DNA of 64,000 bases from an uncultured Clostridia bacterium (GCA_944387405.1 CALXET010000002.1:129316-193315), one strand, 5' to 3'. Counted from the first letter of the stretch, positions 31,748 to 42,217 are shown. The notes: a model not told the origin generated them from the letters alone. Numbers and translations are program-made.

Positions 31748-33160
31748 ATGCAGTACAGAGACATTTTGCAGCAGGAGATCGATAAACGGTTAACCGAAGC
31801 TGCAGCATTTTCACTTTGCCCACTTGATGGGCGCTATGTAGCAATCGCCAAAGCGCTTGCTCCGTATCTTTCCGATTGGGCACTTCAGTACCATCGGGTA
31901 AACGTAGAAGTCGAGTGGTTCATTGCAATGACCGAACTGGTTGAATCATCTGATTTTCTTATGGATTTTGATCCTAATATGACGATGATTATTCGCAGTA
32001 TTGCAGAAGAGTTTACCATCGATGACTACTACGAAATCAAAGACATCGAAAAGGTAACAAACCACGATGTCAAGGCGGTGGAAGTATTTCTGCAAAGAAG
32101 GTTCAAGGTCATCGGTCTTGAGAAGTTTGTAAGCTTTATTCACTTTGGATGTACATCCGAAGACATTAACAATTTGGCTTACGGGCTCATGATTAAGTCG
32201 GCTTTGAATGATGTCATTATTCCGAAAATGGCTGAACTTGCTGATAAGATCAATGACTTTTCAACATCATTTGCAAGAGTCCCGATGCTCGCGCATACAC
32301 ACGGACAAAAAGCCTCTCCGACAACAGTTGGAAAAGAATTTGCTGTATACCGTGAGCGCCTCTACTCAGTAATCGATGATTTATCATATATTCCTATTAC
32401 TGGAAAATTTAACGGCGCAACCGGAAATCATTCAGCTGTTTCAGTGGCTTTCCCTTGCGAAGATTGGCCGGCAATTGCAGAGCAGTTCGTAACAGATTAT
32501 ATGGGGCTTGAATTCAAGCTGGTTACTACACAGATTGAACCTCATGATTATATCTGTGAGATTTGTGATGCTATCCGTCACTACAACAACATTCTCATCG
32601 ACTTTGATCTGGATATGTGGCTTTATATCAGTATGGACTACTTAAAACAGATCCCGGTTAAGGGTGAAGTTGGTAGTTCTACTATGCCGCATAAGGTAAA
32701 TCCGATTAAGTTCGAAAACTCGGAAGCATCTGTGTGGTTCTCAAATGCGCTGCTGATTGCATTGTCTGAAAAGCTTCCGCGCTCTCGTATGCAGAGAGAT
32801 CTCTCTGACTCTGCTACACAGAGAAATATCGGAATCGCTTTTGGATATGCACTGCAGGCAATAAATCAGACCATATCCGGGCTCGAAAAAATCGATGTCA
32901 ATACAGATGTAATCTCTGAAGATCTCGATAGTAGCTGGGAAGTCCTTGCAGAACCGATTCAGACCGTTATGCGCAAATACGGTATTTCCGATGCCTATGA
33001 TAGGCTTAAACAGCTTACTCGTGGCAAAGAGATTACTCGTGAAGACATTCAGGAATTTATCAAGACTCTTGATTTTATTTCCGAAGACGATCGAGAAGAT
33101 CTCTTGAAGTTGAAACCGTCAGATTATACGGGCTACGCTGTAGAAATTACAGAAAATTAA
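31748..33160 (+). CDS. purB: adenylosuccinate lyase, E. coli-type (class II) PurB, on higher-GC (~46%) cassette G
   Basis: LCPLDGRY, TNHDVKAVE, HFGCTSEDINN, GSSTMPHKVNP signature, about 456-aa type. TGTGTTATAAT extended -10 at ~31641; SD agaaagggga. Confidence 0.85.
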   Translation: MQYRDILQQEIDKRLTEAAAFSLCPLDGRYVAIAKALAPYLSDWALQYHRVNVEVEWFIAMTELVESSDFLMDFDPNMTMIIRSIAEEFTIDDYYEIKDIEKVTNHDVKAVEVFLQRRFKVIGLEKFVSFIHFGCTSEDINNLAYGLMIKSALNDVIIPKMAELADKINDFSTSFARVPMLAHTHGQKASPTTVGKEFAVYRERLYSVIDDLSYIPITGKFNGATGNHSAVSVAFPCEDWPAIAEQFVTDYMGLEFKLVTTQIEPHDYICEICDAIRHYNNILIDFDLDMWLYISMDYLKQIPVKGEVGSSTMPHKVNPIKFENSEASVWFSNALLIALSEKLPRSRMQRDLSDSATQRNIGIAFGYALQAINQTISGLEKIDVNTDVISEDLDSSWEVLAEPIQTVMRKYGISDAYDRLKQLTRGKEITREDIQEFIKTLDFISEDDREDLLKLKPSDYTGYAVEITEN

Positions 33161-33198
33161 CATTTTTCCTACAAAACTGAATAGCAACAAAAACTAAA

Positions 33199-33241
33199 GG
33201 GCTCTGGCACATTACGTGTCAGGGCCCTCCCCTTTTATTTT
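33199..33241 (+). terminator. intrinsic terminator of cassette G (abuts convergent recN stop)
   Basis: 12-bp stem gggctctggcac/gtgtcagggccc (two G-U pairs only in the plus-sense RNA), then tccccttttatttt. Confidence 0.7.
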
Positions 33242-34865
33242 ATGCTACTCTATCTTTTCTTAATTCTTTTGCATGCTTCATAGAAATCTCTGTAACTTCT
33301 CCTGTTGAAATTCTAGCTATTTCTTTTATTACTTCATCTTCATCTAATAATTTGATAGATGTTCTTGTTTTATCATTATCAACACTTTTTGAAATAAAAT
33401 AATTATAATCAGCTTTAGCAACTATAGTAGCTAAATGAGTAACACATATTACCTGATGTTTTTTTGAAATTTCTCTAATTTTATAACCAACTCTTTTTGC
33501 CGCTACTCCGCTTATTCCTGTATCAATCTCATCAAATATTAATACTGGAACTTTATCTACATCAGATAGTACTTTCTTTATGCCAAGCATAATTCTTGAC
33601 ATCTCTCCACCAGATGCAATTTTTACAAGTGGTTTAGCTTCTTCTCCAACATTAGTTACAATTAAGAATTCTACTTTATTTAATCCATTACTATTAAACT
33701 TTTCTTCATCAGAAATACTAACTTCAAATTTAGCATTTTTCATTTCCATATCATATAATTCTAAATTAATTCTTTCAGCTAGTTCTTTTGATACTTTTCT
33801 TCTAAGTGTATTCATAGTTAAAGATAGTTCTCTTAATTTTTCTTCTATCTCTATTTTATCTTTTTTTAGTTTATTTATATATTCATCTAAATTTTCTATA
33901 TCAAATAATTCTTTTTCTATTTTTTCTCTATACTTTAGTATTTCTAGAATATTGTTTCCATATTTTCTTTTCAAATCTTGAATTAAATCTAATCTTCTCT
34001 CTAAATTTTGTTTTTCTTCTTCATCATACTCAATATCATCTTTATATGAATCTAAGTCTCTTTCAGTCTCTTCTAATTCATAATATGAGCTTCTTATTCT
34101 AGAAGCTAAGTCTAAATATTTATCATCTATATTTGAAATTTTGTCTATTGATTTTAATACATCGCTTAAGCTACTTAAAATATTTTCACTTAATCCATAA
34201 TAAGCTTCGTTTAAATTTGATGATATTTTTTCAGAATTATTTATTATTCTAAGTTTGCTTTCAACTTCATCTTCTTCATTTTCTTTTAATTCAGCTTCAT
34301 CAATTTCATTTAGTTGATATCTAAGCAAATCTATTTTTCTTTGCTTTTCCATATCGTCTCCATAATTTTGTTTAAGCTCTGATTTTACTTTCAAATACAT
34401 GTCATATTGTTTTTTATATTCATCTTTTATTCCTTTAATTTCAGTTCCTATATAATCATCTAAAAACTCAATATGACTCTTTGGATCTAATATTGTTTGA
34501 TTATCATTTTGTCCATGAATATCTATTATATTTTGCATAAAATCTTTAAGTTCATTAACAGTAACTAATCTTCCGTTTATCTTACATAAATTTCTACCAG
34601 CAATATTTACTTCTCTTGAAACAATAATATTTTCCTCTTCACCTTGTTCATTTTTTATATAAATAGAAGCCTCTACATATGAATTTTTTTCGCCTCTTCT
34701 AATCATTTCTTTTGAAAATCTACCACCTGCTAATATTTGAAGAGAATCTATTATTAAAGTCTTTCCAGCTCCTGTTTCTCCTGTTAAAACATTAAAGCCT
34801 TCATGTAAGTTTACTGACATATCATCTATTATACCTATATTTTTTATATGTAATGTATCTATCAT
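33240..34865 (-). CDS. recN: DNA repair protein RecN
   Basis: IKNIGIID...LTGETGAGKT Walker A, coiled coil, C-terminal DEIDTGISG. Start MIDTLHIKN. Confidence 0.85.
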   Translation of the reverse strand: MIDTLHIKNIGIIDDMSVNLHEGFNVLTGETGAGKTLIIDSLQILAGGRFSKEMIRRGEKNSYVEASIYIKNEQGEEENIIVSREVNIAGRNLCKINGRLVTVNELKDFMQNIIDIHGQNDNQTILDPKSHIEFLDDYIGTEIKGIKDEYKKQYDMYLKVKSELKQNYGDDMEKQRKIDLLRYQLNEIDEAELKENEEDEVESKLRIINNSEKISSNLNEAYYGLSENILSSLSDVLKSIDKISNIDDKYLDLASRIRSSYYELEETERDLDSYKDDIEYDEEEKQNLERRLDLIQDLKRKYGNNILEILKYREKIEKELFDIENLDEYINKLKKDKIEIEEKLRELSLTMNTLRRKVSKELAERINLELYDMEMKNAKFEVSISDEEKFNSNGLNKVEFLIVTNVGEEAKPLVKIASGGEMSRIMLGIKKVLSDVDKVPVLIFDEIDTGISGVAAKRVGYKIREISKKHQVICVTHLATIVAKADYNYFISKSVDNDKTRTSIKLLDEDEVIKEIARISTGEVTEISMKHAKELRKDRVA

Positions 34866-34945
34866 ACATATCTTCCTTTCGCACATTTGTTTGTATAGAT
34901 ATAATACTAATATTTTTAAAAGTTGTCAATACATTTGTTCGCTTT

Positions 34946-35569
34946 TTATAAATTTCTTTTTTTAAATTCCTCTGCAAGCATTCTCATCGCTTTTTCTCTG
35001 TGATTATGACTATCTGCATATTCCTCTTCGTCCATTTCACTCATTGGCTTATCAAATCCTTCCGGTATAAATATTGGTGAATAAGTAAGACCTCCTAATT
35101 TTCCAGCTTCTTTTGCAATTCTTCCAAAACACTCTCCTCTTTTAACAATCATCTCTCCGTCATCTAGAATTGCTGTTAATACACATACAAAAGTACATTT
35201 TCTTTCTTCATCACTTTTTGCATCTTTCATATTTTCTAAAACCTTATTTATACTATCTATTTGTGGAGCATGATCTCCTGCATATCTTGCTGTATGCACT
35301 CCTGGATCTCCATTTAAATAATCAATACAAAGTCCTGCATCATCAGTTATTATTATTCTTCCATGAATATCTTTTTCATTACAATACTCTTTTATAGCTT
35401 TTGCTTTTATTTGAGAATTCTCTTCAAATGTTTTGCCATCTTCTATTATTTCTCTATCAAATCCTATATCTTTCAAAGTCTCAACCTCTGCATCTATATG
35501 TAGATTTTTTAATATTTTTCTAAATGCAACTACTTTTTCCTTATTTCCTGTACCATAAATTATTTTCAT
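34946..35569 (-). CDS. rdgB: non-canonical purine NTP pyrophosphatase (RdgB/Ham1 family)
   Basis: KIIYGTGNKEK ... TARYAG ... FVCVL ... GGLTYSPIF pattern of Ham1/RdgB. Confidence 0.8.
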   Translation of the reverse strand: MKIIYGTGNKEKVVAFRKILKNLHIDAEVETLKDIGFDREIIEDGKTFEENSQIKAKAIKEYCNEKDIHGRIIITDDAGLCIDYLNGDPGVHTARYAGDHAPQIDSINKVLENMKDAKSDEERKCTFVCVLTAILDDGEMIVKRGECFGRIAKEAGKLGGLTYSPIFIPEGFDKPMSEMDEEEYADSHNHREKAMRMLAEEFKKRNL

Positions 35570-35689
35570 AATAACCTCCAAAATAAAAAATCATAAAATT
35601 TTATATTTTATGTAATTTTACTTATTTTATATCATATAAAAATAAAAAAACAAATAACAAATTATTCGTTTTTTTATTTGTTACTTGTT

Positions 35690-36322
35690 TTATAATAATA
35701 AACTCTTTTCCTCTTCATCACTCGCTAATTTTAAATTTAATTTATTTCTTATAGTTCCTGTATTTTCCTCATTTCCGGTAAAAATCAAATATCTTAGTAC
35801 TGTATCTATTTCATCTACTACTTCATCATTTTCTACTATTCTAATTATATCTTTTTTAGGAAGTACATTTATAAATATATCTGATTTGTTATCATTTTCA
35901 GCAAAGTTTTTATATCCTTCACTTAAAAAGCTTAATATGTCACTTTTATCTATTATTCTATTTGAATCTAATAACTTATAACATACTGAAAGCTTTGCCA
36001 TAATCTCATCATCGTCTTCTATACGAGTTCTATTTGCTTCTAAGTATCTTAAGAATTTATTAAAATCTAATAATACCGGATAATTAATTAATGCATAAAT
36101 TTCAAGTAATATATAAGTTATTATGTTTTTTTCATCATCTTCTTTTTCAAATATCTTTGCATAGTTTTCAACTTCTAAATCTAGTATTCTCATCATATGA
36201 TCATCATATTTAATAAGTTTACGAATTGTATCTCCACTCTTTGATTTAGTAACAATGTATTTGTTGTCGTATTCTTTATAAAAATTAATTTCTTCTCTTA
36301 ATTTCTTAATTTCGTTTTCCAT
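35690..36322 (-). CDS. hypothetical protein (210 aa)
   Basis: ORF only. Confidence 0.4.
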   Translation of the reverse strand: MENEIKKLREEINFYKEYDNKYIVTKSKSGDTIRKLIKYDDHMMRILDLEVENYAKIFEKEDDEKNIITYILLEIYALINYPVLLDFNKFLRYLEANRTRIEDDDEIMAKLSVCYKLLDSNRIIDKSDILSFLSEGYKNFAENDNKSDIFINVLPKKDIIRIVENDEVVDEIDTVLRYLIFTGNEENTGTIRNKLNLKLASDEEEKSLLL

Positions 36323-36437
36323 CTTATTCTCCTATACACAAATATTTTGCATAAATATTATATCATATTTGTCAAATCTGTAACAATTGCTTTTGTAGGT
36401 AGCACAGCCTAAGCCATGCCACCTAACCTTTGATACA

Positions 36438-36782
36438 TCATTTAGCAATTTTCAAAGATGCTGCATGCGGTAATAAACCGAGCTTAGCAAAGAACAATGA
36501 CAGCTCAACATATGTGTAATCCTGATGACCTTTAATGGCCAAAATCTTCACATATCCATCACTTTCATTTACAAGTTCATGACTCTCTCCTTTTGGACAG
36601 ATATAGACATTTTTCTTGTCGAGCCATATCCATACCTCCCATTGGTCGTTATGATCATGCATTGTAATTGTTGTGTACGGTGCTACGCTCAGATATTGAA
36701 TCTCGTCAATCTCTGTCAAGACTATCTTCCGCACTTCATCGCCTTTGATAAATTTTTCTGGGAGCTTTACTTCTGGTATCAT
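36438..36782 (-). CDS. cupin-domain small protein on higher-GC cassette H
   Basis: HDHNDQWEVWIWL...ICPKGESHEL cupin-like His motifs; SD taggagga; TATAAT on minus strand at ~36815; higher GC than flanks. Confidence 0.55.
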   Translation of the reverse strand: MIPEVKLPEKFIKGDEVRKIVLTEIDEIQYLSVAPYTTITMHDHNDQWEVWIWLDKKNVYICPKGESHELVNESDGYVKILAIKGHQDYTYVELSLFFAKLGLLPHAASLKIAK

Positions 36783-37103
36783 ATGCTTCCTCCTATAAAT
36801 ATATCAAATCCTCATTGTTACGCAACTATTATACTATACTTTACATAAAAAAGCAATGTATTAGTATTTTATATTCATCTATATTTTACATTATATTTAA
36901 TTCTATAACACAAATTTTTAATATATCTTATTTGCAATGTAATAATTAATATCTTTATATAAAATGCATTTTGTGTAAAAATATGGTATAATATAAATAT
37001 ATATTATAATAAACAAAATAATTAAATATGGAGCGAAATTTAACACTAAAAGAATTTATAATTTTAATAACTGAGTCTCACATAAGATAAGGAGGATTTT
37101 AAT

Positions 37104-37754
37104 ATGAAAATTAAAAAAGTTTTAAAAATATTAGGAATTATAATTGTAATTTTAATTATACTTATATTAATTCATACTATTAGAAATTATATAATTATAA
37201 GAGATTTACAAAATAAATTTTCACAATATTCCGGTAGCTCAAACTACTATATAAAATCAGTTTCAACAGAAAGTAGTGGAACTATTGTAACAACAGAATA
37301 CTATCAAAAAGATAACAAACAGGCTATATTTATAAAAAAGGATTTAAACGGTGAAACTTCAAAAATTTCAATGTATAATAATGGTGAAAGAACAAATATA
37401 TTTTGGGACAATAATGAAAATAAAACCGCTCAATTAGATAGCGGAACAATTATATCAATGAACATTTATAACTATTTAGAAACAGATAATAATTGGCAAA
37501 CATTTTTAGGTTGTTTAACTTCTAGAATAAAATCAACAAGCTATAACGGAAAAGATTGTTATTTAATAAAAGGCTTTATGTCATCAACATCTCTAACTTC
37601 TGAAGATGCAGAAATATATATAGATAAAGGAACTGGATTATTCATAAAAACAAATGAAGCCGGAATAGTTAATGAAAGAGAATATGAATTTGATAATGTT
37701 GATGATTCTATATTTGAGGAACCAGATATAAGTCAATATACAATAAAAAAATAG
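37104..37754 (+). CDS. membrane-anchored secreted hypothetical protein
   Basis: RBS aaggagg; N-terminal TM; Ser/Thr/Asn-rich ectodomain. Confidence 0.5.
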   Translation: MKIKKVLKILGIIIVILIILILIHTIRNYIIIRDLQNKFSQYSGSSNYYIKSVSTESSGTIVTTEYYQKDNKQAIFIKKDLNGETSKISMYNNGERTNIFWDNNENKTAQLDSGTIISMNIYNYLETDNNWQTFLGCLTSRIKSTSYNGKDCYLIKGFMSSTSLTSEDAEIYIDKGTGLFIKTNEAGIVNEREYEFDNVDDSIFEEPDISQYTIKK

Positions 37755-37900
37755 AGATTTCAAAATGAAATCTCTATTCTTATTAACATAATTAACAAAA
37801 AGTAATATATTTATTTAATTTACTTTATTCTACTATTTTTATTCTCGTTAATGCTGTCCATCTTTATAATAACTCTAAAGAAGTATTTAAATTAATTTTT

Positions 37901-38395
37901 CTATTCTTTTAGATTGTCAATAGCATATTGAGCTTCTTCCTTAGTAAATTTTTCACCATATTCTGATATTAATTGATCATATATTGCCTGTTTAGACATA
38001 CTCATCGTTTCTTGATAACTTTCAGCTTTTTTTAAAGCATTTTCTTTCCAATTAGCTTTTATATTATCCATTGCATATTCTGCAGCATCTTTTGAAAACT
38101 TTTCCCCATATTCTGATACTAATTGATCATATATTGCTTGCTTTGACATAAACATATTTTCAGAGTATGACTCTGCTTTTTTTAGAGCATTTTTATATTC
38201 TTTTGGAACATCGTCTTCTTTTTCTTCATTTTCATTATTACTTGATTGTTGAACGCTACTCTCTCCATCTGAAGAAGTTTGTATGCTATTTTCTCCTTGA
38301 GTTCCACCTATTGCTGCAACAATAATAATTATTATTATCAACCAAAACCACCATTTTTTATATACTGGTTTCTTTTCTTCCGAATTATTTGACAT
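37901..38395 (-). CDS. Ltp-family (phage superinfection-exclusion-like) protein with two tandem Ltp repeats, TM-anchored
   Basis: Two 51-aa repeats NALKKAESYxExMxMSKQAIYDQLxSEYGEKFxKxxAxYAxDN matching the Ltp repeat (host-cell-surface-exposed lipoprotein) pattern; N-terminal TM, no lipobox Cys. Confidence 0.6.
   Translation of the reverse strand: MSNNSEEKKPVYKKWWFWLIIIIIIVAAIGGTQGENSIQTSSDGESSVQQSSNNENEEKEDDVPKEYKNALKKAESYSENMFMSKQAIYDQLVSEYGEKFSKDAAEYAMDNIKANWKENALKKAESYQETMSMSKQAIYDQLISEYGEKFTKEEAQYAIDNLKE
37930..38200. repeat. 153-bp tandem direct repeat (2 copies, ~85% identical) inside the Ltp-like gene
   Basis: 37948-38043 vs 38101-38196 nearly identical. Confidence 0.7.
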
Positions 38396-38644
38396 TTTTT
38401 ACTCCCCCTTTTTCCTCTTTAATAAAATTATTATATATCCATATTAGAATATTGTCAATATTTTCCATAGAAACGTTCTTTTTAAGAAAAAATTTTTAAA
38501 AATTGTTTTTAGATTATTTAAATACTATTGTTGATTAATCCAACTTTAACTCATAATATAAAACCAAATTATTAAAATTTAAAATTTTAAAATAAAAAAC
38601 TGGAAAAGTTTTCTTTTCCAGAATAATTGAATTTTTTGAAGATA

Positions 38645-39850
38645 TTACACTTTAGTACACTTTTTTACTATCTCAATTAAAATTTCAGAAGATTTTATCA
38701 TATCTTCTAAACATATGTATTCATATATACTATGAAAATTATGTCCACCAGTTCCAAGATTAGGACAATTAAGTCCCATATAAGTTAGCTCTGCCCCATC
38801 TGTTCCACCTCTTATTGGTACAACTTGCGGCTCTATATCTATTTTTTTCATTGCTTCTTTTGCAATATCAACAACTTTCATATTATTTGTTATCTTTTCT
38901 TTCATATTATAGTATGTATCTTCAATAACTAATTTTATACAATTATTATATTTACTATTTAAATTACCTACAATTTCTTCAAATTTCTTTTTTCGCAATT
39001 TAAAATTATTTAAGTCAAAATCTCTTATTTTAAATTGTAATTTTGTATTAGTACAATTACCAGTAATACTATCTAAATGATAAAAACCTTCTCTTCTATC
39101 TGTATTTTCTGGTCTTTCATTTGGAACATTATTTATTATTTCATTTGCAATAAGCATAGAATTTACCATAGTATTTTTAGCACTTCCTAAATGAGCAGAT
39201 ATTCCTTTAATATCTATTTTAACAGTAGCAGCATTAAAGTTTTCATACGAAATCTCTCCCACAGAAGAACCATCAACAGTATATGCAAAATCTACTTTAA
39301 ACTTACCTAAATCAAATTTTTCTGTACCTCTTCCTACTTCTTCATCAGGAGTAAAAGCAACATAAATATCACCATGATCTATCTTATTATTCTTAAAATA
39401 TTCTAACATGTTCATTATTTCAGCAATTCCAGATTTATCATCTGCTCCAAGTAAAGTAGTACCATCTGTTGTAATTAAAGTCTTTCCTATATGATTTTTT
39501 AAATCTGGAAACTCATCTACTTTTAAAATAACATCATCATTTAATTTAACATCTTTTCCATCATAATTTTTGATTATTTTAGGATTTACATTTTCATCAC
39601 TTACTTCTTCTGATGTATCTAAATGAGATATAAATCCTATTTTAGGTAATCTTTCATTTCCTTTTAAAATAGCATATATATAACAATTAGTTTCATCAAA
39701 ATATACCTCATCTAAATTCATTTCTCTTAATTCTAATACTATGTTTTTGGCCAAATTTCTTTGACACTCTGTACTTGGGATTTTATCAATGTCTGATTTA
39801 GAATTAGTTGGAATTTTTATATATTTTATAAATCTATCTAATATATCCAT
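38645..39850 (-). CDS. pepT: peptidase T (M20B tripeptide aminopeptidase)
   Basis: MDILDRFIKYIKIPT N-terminus and M20 metal ligands HxD...E...H. Confidence 0.8.
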   Translation of the reverse strand: MDILDRFIKYIKIPTNSKSDIDKIPSTECQRNLAKNIVLELREMNLDEVYFDETNCYIYAILKGNERLPKIGFISHLDTSEEVSDENVNPKIIKNYDGKDVKLNDDVILKVDEFPDLKNHIGKTLITTDGTTLLGADDKSGIAEIMNMLEYFKNNKIDHGDIYVAFTPDEEVGRGTEKFDLGKFKVDFAYTVDGSSVGEISYENFNAATVKIDIKGISAHLGSAKNTMVNSMLIANEIINNVPNERPENTDRREGFYHLDSITGNCTNTKLQFKIRDFDLNNFKLRKKKFEEIVGNLNSKYNNCIKLVIEDTYYNMKEKITNNMKVVDIAKEAMKKIDIEPQVVPIRGGTDGAELTYMGLNCPNLGTGGHNFHSIYEYICLEDMIKSSEILIEIVKKCTKV

Positions 39851-39904
39851 TTTGCCTCCTAAAAAATTAATATACTATAATTATTTATATCTTAAAGCTA
39901 ATTA

Positions 39905-40690
39905 TTATTCTTTAAAATGTGTTGTTGTTTTATTACTATTATCTCTAGATTTTCCTTTATAATTTAAGTTTTTATCATAATAATTTGTATTTCCATTACT
40001 TTGTTTTTCACTTTTACCTTCATAGTTTAATTTACTATCAAAATATGTTTTAGTATTGCCATTTGATGTAGATTTACCAACATATTTCATATTTTCATTC
40101 CAATATGTTGTTTCTCCTGTTTTTTCATTATATCTAGACATACCAATCGTTTTTCCATTTGCATCTTTATATATTTTAGCACCATCTGGTCTTTCAAAAG
40201 TAGTTTTAGTAGAACTCATCAAAGATCCTACATTATCTACACCTGACCCTATAAATATTTCAGGCATTGCCATTACACCAAAGAAAGATTTTGCTATAAT
40301 AATCAATACTTTATCAAAGTAAGCAATAACTAAACTAAAAAGTATAATCTCTATAATTCCCATTTCTTCACGTCCTAAAGCAACACTTAAACAGCATAAA
40401 ATAAAGAAACCTATAAATACTGAAATTCTACTAATACCATTAAATAAATTTGTATTTTCAGGTCTACCTGCTTTTTTTACTATCCATAAAATAATATTAC
40501 AAATTAATCTATATATTACTGGAACTACTGCAAGTCCTATAACTGCATTTCCATCAAATATATTTAAAGCAATTATTATTGGAACTATTGTACATATTCC
40601 TAAAATCATTGTTACTATATTATTCTTTAATTCAAATTTTATCCTACCCATAAATTCAACAAAACGTTCTTTTAAACTAGCTTTTTCCAT
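39905..40690 (-). CDS. membrane protein with C-terminal Y/N/G/K-rich repeats
   Basis: 4 TM, then repeats of NGNTKTYFDSKLNYEGKS-like units. Confidence 0.45.
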   Translation of the reverse strand: MEKASLKERFVEFMGRIKFELKNNIVTMILGICTIVPIIIALNIFDGNAVIGLAVVPVIYRLICNIILWIVKKAGRPENTNLFNGISRISVFIGFFILCCLSVALGREEMGIIEIILFSLVIAYFDKVLIIIAKSFFGVMAMPEIFIGSGVDNVGSLMSSTKTTFERPDGAKIYKDANGKTIGMSRYNEKTGETTYWNENMKYVGKSTSNGNTKTYFDSKLNYEGKSEKQSNGNTNYYDKNLNYKGKSRDNSNKTTTHFKE

Positions 40691-40769
40691 TCTTTTTCCT
40701 CCACAAAATCATTATTTTACTTTTTAAATCTTATTTTATTTTTTAATTATTTTTAATTATTATCAAAAT

Positions 40770-41012
40770 TTAATCCCCTGTTCTTAATCCTATTAAAGTA
40801 TATATTCCTAATAAATAAAATGATACTATTCCTATAATTATTGATATAATCAATGTTAATGTTATTTTTAAAACAAACTTAAAATAATATTTTTTATTCT
40901 TTTTTACTTTATCTTCTTTTCTATTTTTCTCTAATATAAAAAATAATTGAATTAGAAATACTATTAAAAATATTATACATGGATATATTATTAATTCCAT
41001 ATATTCCTCCAC
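40770..41012 (-). CDS. small membrane protein (80 aa)
   Basis: Two TM helices. Confidence 0.4.
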   Translation of the reverse strand: MEEYMELIIYPCIIFLIVFLIQLFFILEKNRKEDKVKKNKKYYFKFVLKITLTLIISIIIGIVSFYLLGIYTLIGLRTGD

Positions 41013-41023
41013 AATACTAAAAT

Positions 41024-41380
41024 TTACTTTTTATCTGTTAACCCAAAGCTTATATCAATTAATTCACATATTTTTTCTTTTGAAACTGCACCATCTAATA
41101 ATACAGTAATCCAATGTTCTTTATTCATATGATATGCCGGAAGTATTCCCTCTTCTTTTCTAAGACTACCTATCATTTCTGGAAAGTTTTTAAGATTTAT
41201 TATATTTACTATACCTTCTTTATTTATCTTTAACTTTTCAAAAGGCACATCCATTATTATTGCAAACCACTTCTTATTACTTTTATGTTTAAATGTTGTA
41301 TAATTAGGACAATCTTTCCATGGATACTCTTGCAAAATATCATATCTTTCATTTATATATTTTTCAATTTCATCTCTCAT
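41024..41380 (-). CDS. MmcQ/YjbR-family protein
   Basis: YPWKDCPNYTTFKH...KWFAIIMD...HMNKEHWITVLLDG pattern of the YjbR/MmcQ family. Confidence 0.6.
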   Translation of the reverse strand: MRDEIEKYINERYDILQEYPWKDCPNYTTFKHKSNKKWFAIIMDVPFEKLKINKEGIVNIINLKNFPEMIGSLRKEEGILPAYHMNKEHWITVLLDGAVSKEKICELIDISFGLTDKK

Positions 41381-41514
41381 AGTCTTTCTCCTAAGAAAAT
41401 CTTTGATATATTACAAAAAAATATTATCACAAAAATATTACTGTATCAATTACTAATGTTAAAATTGCAAAAAAAGAAGAAGCTTCTAACTTCTTCACTA
41501 TAATTTTTATTTAT

Positions 41515-41959
41515 TTATCTATCTAACTTCATATATAAAACAGGATAAGGATTTCCTTGATCATCTAATTCATTTCTTTGATAAACTTTAAATCCCATAT
41601 GTTCATAAAATCCTTTAGTTTGTGGATTATCCTCATTAACAGCAAGATCAGTTACTCCATAATTTTCTATTCCGTATGACAACATTTTTTACCAATTCCT
41701 TTTCCTCTATAGTCAGAAGTAATAAATAACATTTCAAGTTTATTTTCTTCAATTCCCATAAACGCAATTAAATTTCCGTTTTCATCATTATCAATAATTA
41801 AATGAGATATACCAGCTAGTGCTTCTGGTACATATTTTTTATCTTTAAAATTTCTTCATTTGATAAAAATTTGTGAGTTGCTCTTACAGAATTTTCCCAA
41901 ACTTTTAATAATTCTTGAATTAAATTTTCATTTCTCTCTTCCTTTTTTATTTCTTTCAT
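41515..41959 (-). pseudogene. GNAT acetyltransferase disrupted by two -1 frameshifts in A6 homopolymers
   Basis: Conceptual translation MKEIKKEERNENLIQELLKVWENSVRATHKFL... / ...ALAGISHLIIDNDENGNLIAFMGIEENKLEMLFITSDYRGKGIGKK / MLSYGIENYGVTDLAVNEDNPQTKGFYEHMGFKVYQRNEL... needs one extra A at the T6 runs 41836-41841 and 41685-41690. No ORF of 60 aa or more in the track here. Confidence 0.6.
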
Positions 41960-42010
41960 AATTCATCCTCAACCCAAACTTAAATCTATATTCAATTTAA
42001 ATTTTACTCT

Positions 42011-42217
42011 TTATTTTTTTATTAAAGAGCCTATACCTAAACCAATACATAAACCTATACTTATTCCAAAACAAATACAAATTGGAATATTGTTAATAAA
42101 TATTCCTACAACCACTCCTAATGCTGTTCCAATACACATTCCAATTGACATTCCCTCTTGCATATATGTTTTTGATTCATCTTTAATTTCTTTTGAATTA
42201 TTTTCTTGTTTCTCCAT
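42011..42217 (-). CDS. small glycine-zipper membrane protein (68 aa)
   Basis: GMCIGTALGVVVGIFI...GISIGLCIGLGIGSLI motifs. Confidence 0.45.
   Translation of the reverse strand: MEKQENNSKEIKDESKTYMQEGMSIGMCIGTALGVVVGIFINNIPICICFGISIGLCIGLGIGSLIKK

Noticed and set aside
37930-38200. Tandem repeat considered as a CRISPR or minisatellite locus
   Set aside because: Only two long (153-bp) copies, coding and in frame, corresponding to a protein-domain duplication. No short repeat-spacer architecture was seen anywhere in the window.
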